A DNA stretch of 64,000 nt from Sulfurovum sp. GTDB lineage: Bacteria > Campylobacterota > Campylobacteria > Campylobacterales > Sulfurovaceae. The translations under genes were made by a program, and so were the position numbers. This document shows positions 60,519 through 64,000 of this stretch, piece after piece. The notes below the pieces were generated by a model. The model was not told the origin of the DNA. It saw only the letters and a list, made by a program, of their open reading frames with translations, and searched no databases. Location: the NCBI GenBank assembly GCA_027081115.1, contig JALWLD010000121.1:22786-86785 (forward strand). Reading direction: 5' to 3'. Each line of letters starts with the position of its first letter. Position 1 is the stretch's first letter.

Positions 60519-61532
60519 TTAAAAATCATTCAAGTCAATACTGGATTTTGCGTAGTTGGAGACATTGCTTTCAAAGAAGTTTGACTTTACTTCGTTCATT
60601 TCCAAATGTTTGGTCACCAGTTTTTGCAGATAGGTTGTAGAGGTCTGTTCAAAAATAGGATCAAGTCCAATTTTAATGAGTCTGTCATTGGCATAGTTAT
60701 AGACTGTTTGTTCCATGAGTTCAGGTGTGACACCCATAATCGGGAATTGATCAAGAAGGTATTTTCCATATTCGAGTTCAATTTTCACGGCATCTTCTAT
60801 CATAGTGTGTGCAGCATCAATGGTACTTGTCTGTATTTTATTTTCTTTTTGAATGGTTTTAAAGATATTGGCAAAGAGTGGTAGATGCGTATTAAGCTCA
60901 TCTCTGGCAATGAACTTGATCATGTCTCTTGCTCCGGGTACTTTGTCTCCAAGCAGGTAAATATAGCTGAATCCTAAAAGAAAATAAATACCTTCAAGAT
61001 TAACAGAAGCCATAGCAGAGAGTAACATTTTGTCTACAGAGTTTCCATCTATATAGCGGGCAAACTGCTCTGCAATCTTCATGTTTTTCTGATTGAGCAT
61101 ATCATCATATTTGTAGAGGTTAAAGACTTCATCAGAGTTACCACAGGCATCAAGTAGAACGGCATAAGATTTAGAGTGGTTAACTTCTTGCATCATTTGC
61201 AGGGTGAGTGTTGATTTAACCAGACGGTTGGTAGCCAGAGATCTAAAGTCACTTAGGAACTCCTCTTGTGCCGAGTCATTGAAGCTCAGTTGTGCAAATG
61301 TCATTTTATAGATAGATTGTTCATTTGGAGAGAGTTTGTCAAAGCTTTTTTTCTCAGAAGAAGTATTGACTTCAGAAGGGAACCAGGTATTGGCATTCAT
61401 CAGGTCATAGATGTTACTGTCCCAACGGTATTTGGAACGGTTAAAGTCTACAAAACCTGTAGGAGAACCTCCAAATATCTTTTCATCTAAAATTTCATCG
61501 CCGTTTGGGTTGTAGTAGTGTTTTACATCCAT
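60519..61532 (-). CDS. nrdB: ribonucleotide reductase beta (R2)-like ferritin-fold protein, atypical
   Basis: TWFPSEV, NDSAQ, EVNHSKSY, LEGIYF, RDELNTH, NFFE...NY; AGGAG SD. Confidence 0.85.
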   Translation of the reverse strand: MDVKHYYNPNGDEILDEKIFGGSPTGFVDFNRSKYRWDSNIYDLMNANTWFPSEVNTSSEKKSFDKLSPNEQSIYKMTFAQLSFNDSAQEEFLSDFRSLATNRLVKSTLTLQMMQEVNHSKSYAVLLDACGNSDEVFNLYKYDDMLNQKNMKIAEQFARYIDGNSVDKMLLSAMASVNLEGIYFLLGFSYIYLLGDKVPGARDMIKFIARDELNTHLPLFANIFKTIQKENKIQTSTIDAAHTMIEDAVKIELEYGKYLLDQFPIMGVTPELMEQTVYNYANDRLIKIGLDPIFEQTSTTYLQKLVTKHLEMNEVKSNFFESNVSNYAKSSIDLNDF

Positions 61533-61561
61533 GATCTTCTCCTAAAATATTTAAGTATATC

Positions 61562-61647
61562 ATTCTATCTTTTTGCTCATCTGAATCTGTTGACAAGTAT
61601 CAATTTTGATACCTGTCAATATTCTGACCATGAGTTTTCATTATAAT
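61562..61647. promoter_or_regulatory. tandem Crp/Fnr boxes driving divergent nrdB-like and gap-like promoters
   Basis: TTGACAAGTATCAA at 61590-61603 with minus-strand -10 TAGAAT (61567-61562); TTGATACCTGTCAA at 61606-61619 with plus-strand TATAAT (61642-61647); both centred at -41.5. Confidence 0.8.
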
Positions 61648-61654
61648 GCTTACT

Positions 61655-61738
61655 ATGCAAAACCATCAAACAGTTGTTCTTGTAACAGAATCCCATACCA
61701 GTATGAATCCCGCATGGGGTCTTCCCCATGTCTTTTAA
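61655..61738 (+). CDS. putative leaderless 27-aa uORF overlapping the gap start (MQNHQTVVLVTESHTSMNPAWGLPHVF)
   Basis: ATG about 1 nt after the predicted TSS; spans the hairpin CATGGGG-TCTT-CCCCATG that contains the gap ATG. Confidence 0.35.
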   Translation: MQNHQTVVLVTESHTSMNPAWGLPHVF

Positions 61739-62741
61739 AAAGATACGTATTTTCATCAATGGGTTTGGACGTATAGGCAGAAGTGCTGCGCGTATCATAC
61801 TTGAGGAAAAAAGTCTGGAGTTAGTGGCTATCAACGACCTCTATAGTTATGAACAGATGGTATATCTTTTAAAATATGATTCTAGTTATGGTATGCTTGA
61901 TCATACTATAGGTGTAAGGGAAGATAGACTTTTTATTGATAATAAGGAGATAAAACTTTTTTCGGAAGCTGACCTTGGAAATATGGATATACATTCTTTA
62001 AATGTAGATGTTGTTTTGCAATGCAGTGGTATGTTCTTGACAACAGAATCTAATTTACCTTTGCTCAAAAATGGTGCTAAAAAAGTGATTATCTCTGCAC
62101 CTGCAATAGATGATACTCCAACGTATATTTTTGGTGTAAACCATAAAGCGTATAAACAGGAATCCGTTATTTCAAACAGCAGTTGTTCTGCCAATGCAAT
62201 TGTCCCTATATTTAAGATCATAGATAAGCATTTTGGCATAGACAGCGCAATGATGAGTATGTATCACAGTTATACGAGTTACCAAAATCTGCTTGATGGA
62301 AAACACTATTCAAAAGATATACGAAGAACACGCTCTGCAACACAGAATATTATTCCTCTTATGAGCAGTGCTGCGGAAGCTACAGCTTATTTTTTCCCAC
62401 AACTTAAAGAGAGACTTTATGCTAAAAGTATTAGAGTACCCATCCCTAGTACCACACTCTATGACTTAAGTATCAAACTTGAGGGAGGATATACAAGAAA
62501 AGAGATTAATGAACGACTGGAGGAAGAGGTGAGATCTTCGTATAGAGATATCCTTGAAACCACAAATATTCTAAGTGAATCCAACGATTATATACACAAT
62601 CCGCATAGTGCTGTGATCAATCTTCCTTTGACTTCTCTTGCAGGGGGGAATTTGCTTAGGATCTCTGCCTGGCAGGATAATGAATATGGGTATACAAAAA
62701 GGCTGGTTGATATGGTAAAAGTTCTAGGATCCTCTGAATAA
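61728..62741 (+). CDS. gap: divergent glyceraldehyde-3-phosphate dehydrogenase family protein
   Basis: INGFGRIGR, LLKYDS, VIISAP, SNSSCSANA, HSYT.YQ, NIIP, WQDNEYGY. Confidence 0.88.
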   Translation: MSFKKIRIFINGFGRIGRSAARIILEEKSLELVAINDLYSYEQMVYLLKYDSSYGMLDHTIGVREDRLFIDNKEIKLFSEADLGNMDIHSLNVDVVLQCSGMFLTTESNLPLLKNGAKKVIISAPAIDDTPTYIFGVNHKAYKQESVISNSSCSANAIVPIFKIIDKHFGIDSAMMSMYHSYTSYQNLLDGKHYSKDIRRTRSATQNIIPLMSSAAEATAYFFPQLKERLYAKSIRVPIPSTTLYDLSIKLEGGYTRKEINERLEEEVRSSYRDILETTNILSESNDYIHNPHSAVINLPLTSLAGGNLLRISAWQDNEYGYTKRLVDMVKVLGSSE

Positions 62742-62907
62742 TCTTAGGCAAACTATAGGGGGTCTCTAAGCATCGCTATAGCGAGAAACGTTATAAAATA
62801 TGTTAGATTATAAGGTTTGAATAAGTAGTCTTAATTTTTCTCAATGTCGTATCTAAGTCGAAGATGTATATAATATTCTATAGACGTAGTTAAAGGGAAG
62901 GAATATA

Positions 62908-64000
62908 GTGCAAAAAGGAATATATCTACCAACCAAACAAAATACAATAGTCCTTAATGAACTTGAAGAATATTGTGAAATACTACTTGATGGAGAATAT
63001 AAAACTGTTTCTAAAAATGACATAGAGTTTGAAACCTCCAAAACAACTTTGTCTTCCTTGAATATCTTGAAAGAAAATGTTTTTCTAAATTGTATAAAAA
63101 ACCCTCTAAGCGATATTCTTTATTCATATAATACAAACAGGCTTACCCCTGAACCGCACCAGTATAAACCACTTATCAAATTTTTAAACTCTGAAAATAA
63201 TCGTATTCTTATCGCAGATGAAGTTGGTCTCGGTAAAACTATTGAAGCAGGTATGATCTTTAAAGAGATCGATAAAAGAGAAGAGTTAAAAGTCTCTCTC
63301 ATTGTTGTGCCTTCATCGCTAACTTTAAAATGGCAAGAAGAATTTAACATAAGGTTTGATGAGTATTTTGAAATTAAAAAAACAAATCAGTTTTTAAACT
63401 TTATAGATGAATTTGAAAATTTCAATACCTCTAAGCTGTTAAATGAAAAGATCATCATTTCATACCATACATTGAGAGATGAACGTATCATGCATAAATT
63501 GAAAAACAGCTTTTTTGAAGTAGATTTTCTCATTATGGATGAAGCCCACACAATGAGAAATTATGGTACGTCTACTTTTGAAGGCGCTGAACTTATTGCT
63601 TCTGTTTCAGAACATATTATATTTTTGACCGCTACGCCGGTGCAAAATAGTTTGAGCGATTTATTTAACATTCTTTCTCTGCTTGATGAAGATTATTTTA
63701 AAGATTATGATTATTTTGAAAAGATGATAAGACCAAACGGGATGATACATAAACTGATAGCACTTATTAGAAATAATCGTCCCTTAAATGAGATAAAACA
63801 GTTTATCGATGATAATGCTTATAAAAGCATCTTGGAAGGTTTAAAAGGGATTTTTGATGAGATAACAACGCTTAATCAAATCACAAATGCTAAAAAGATA
63901 GATTTGATTGACAAGCTTACAAAGTCTGATCATTTAAGCTTTATTATTAACCGTACCAAGAAAAAAGATGTTGGTCTTGTAACGCCTAGAAATGCTACAT
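62908..64000 (+). CDS. SNF2-family helicase (RapA/HepA- or DrmD-like), partial
   Basis: Manual translation from GTG 62908 (AAGGA SD): PEPHQ, LIADEVGLGKTIEAG, FLIMDEAH, LTATPVQN; open to window end. Confidence 0.88.
   Translation, partial: MQKGIYLPTKQNTIVLNELEEYCEILLDGEYKTVSKNDIEFETSKTTLSSLNILKENVFLNCIKNPLSDILYSYNTNRLTPEPHQYKPLIKFLNSENNRILIADEVGLGKTIEAGMIFKEIDKREELKVSLIVVPSSLTLKWQEEFNIRFDEYFEIKKTNQFLNFIDEFENFNTSKLLNEKIIISYHTLRDERIMHKLKNSFFEVDFLIMDEAHTMRNYGTSTFEGAELIASVSEHIIFLTATPVQNSLSDLFNILSLLDEDYFKDYDYFEKMIRPNGMIHKLIALIRNNRPLNEIKQFIDDNAYKSILEGLKGIFDEITTLNQITNAKKIDLIDKLTKSDHLSFIINRTKKKDVGLVTPRNAT

Noticed and set aside
3-63350. Numerous short ORFs (about 60-195 aa) in the ORF track overlapping real genes, e.g. 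5672-6220, 21205-21792, 44075-44608, 63120-63350
   Set aside because: Antisense or out-of-frame shadows of well-supported genes with no recognisable motifs
1-64000. tRNA, rRNA, CRISPR arrays, transposase or integrase genes
   Set aside because: None recognised by eye; a tRNAscan/Infernal/CRISPR search would be needed to exclude them formally

Overview
A 64-kb chromosomal window from a sulfur-oxidising, denitrifying Campylobacterota bacterium (Sulfurovum-like; this is inferred from gene content and AT-rich composition). The first 48 kb are mostly housekeeping and energy genes: a partial SQR, a peptide ABC transporter, porCDAB, luxS, mnmG, petABC, moaA/moeA, queE/queD, a flavocytochrome c flavoprotein, several c-type cytochromes, rpmE, hom, an FDH-like molybdoenzyme, a NirA-like reductase, trxAB, dapB, purF, hisIE and ilvE. 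A denitrification region (about 48-62.7 kb) follows, with norCB, nirS, a pentaheme cytochrome, trkAH and nirF. The window ends in a partial SNF2 helicase. The main signal is a set of six Crp/Fnr-type boxes (TTGA-N6-TCAA) serving seven predicted promoters. Six of these promoters have the box centred at -41.5 and one at -42.5, taking +1 as 12 nt after the start of the -10 hexamer. Besides nor, nirF and petABC, this predicted regulon contains a back-to-back pair: an orphan RNR R2-like protein with an atypical E-x3-H iron motif coupled to a YbiB-like gene, and a divergent GAPDH whose start codon lies in a hairpin overlapped by a leaderless uORF. I infer this may be an NO-inducible back-up or repair module for two classic NO targets. 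Also seen are unannotated small ORFs near nor and fccB, two ERIC-like ~125-bp elements, GTAG-type REP/REPIN repeats and a structured rpmE leader. All calls come from reading the sequence; no database searches were run.
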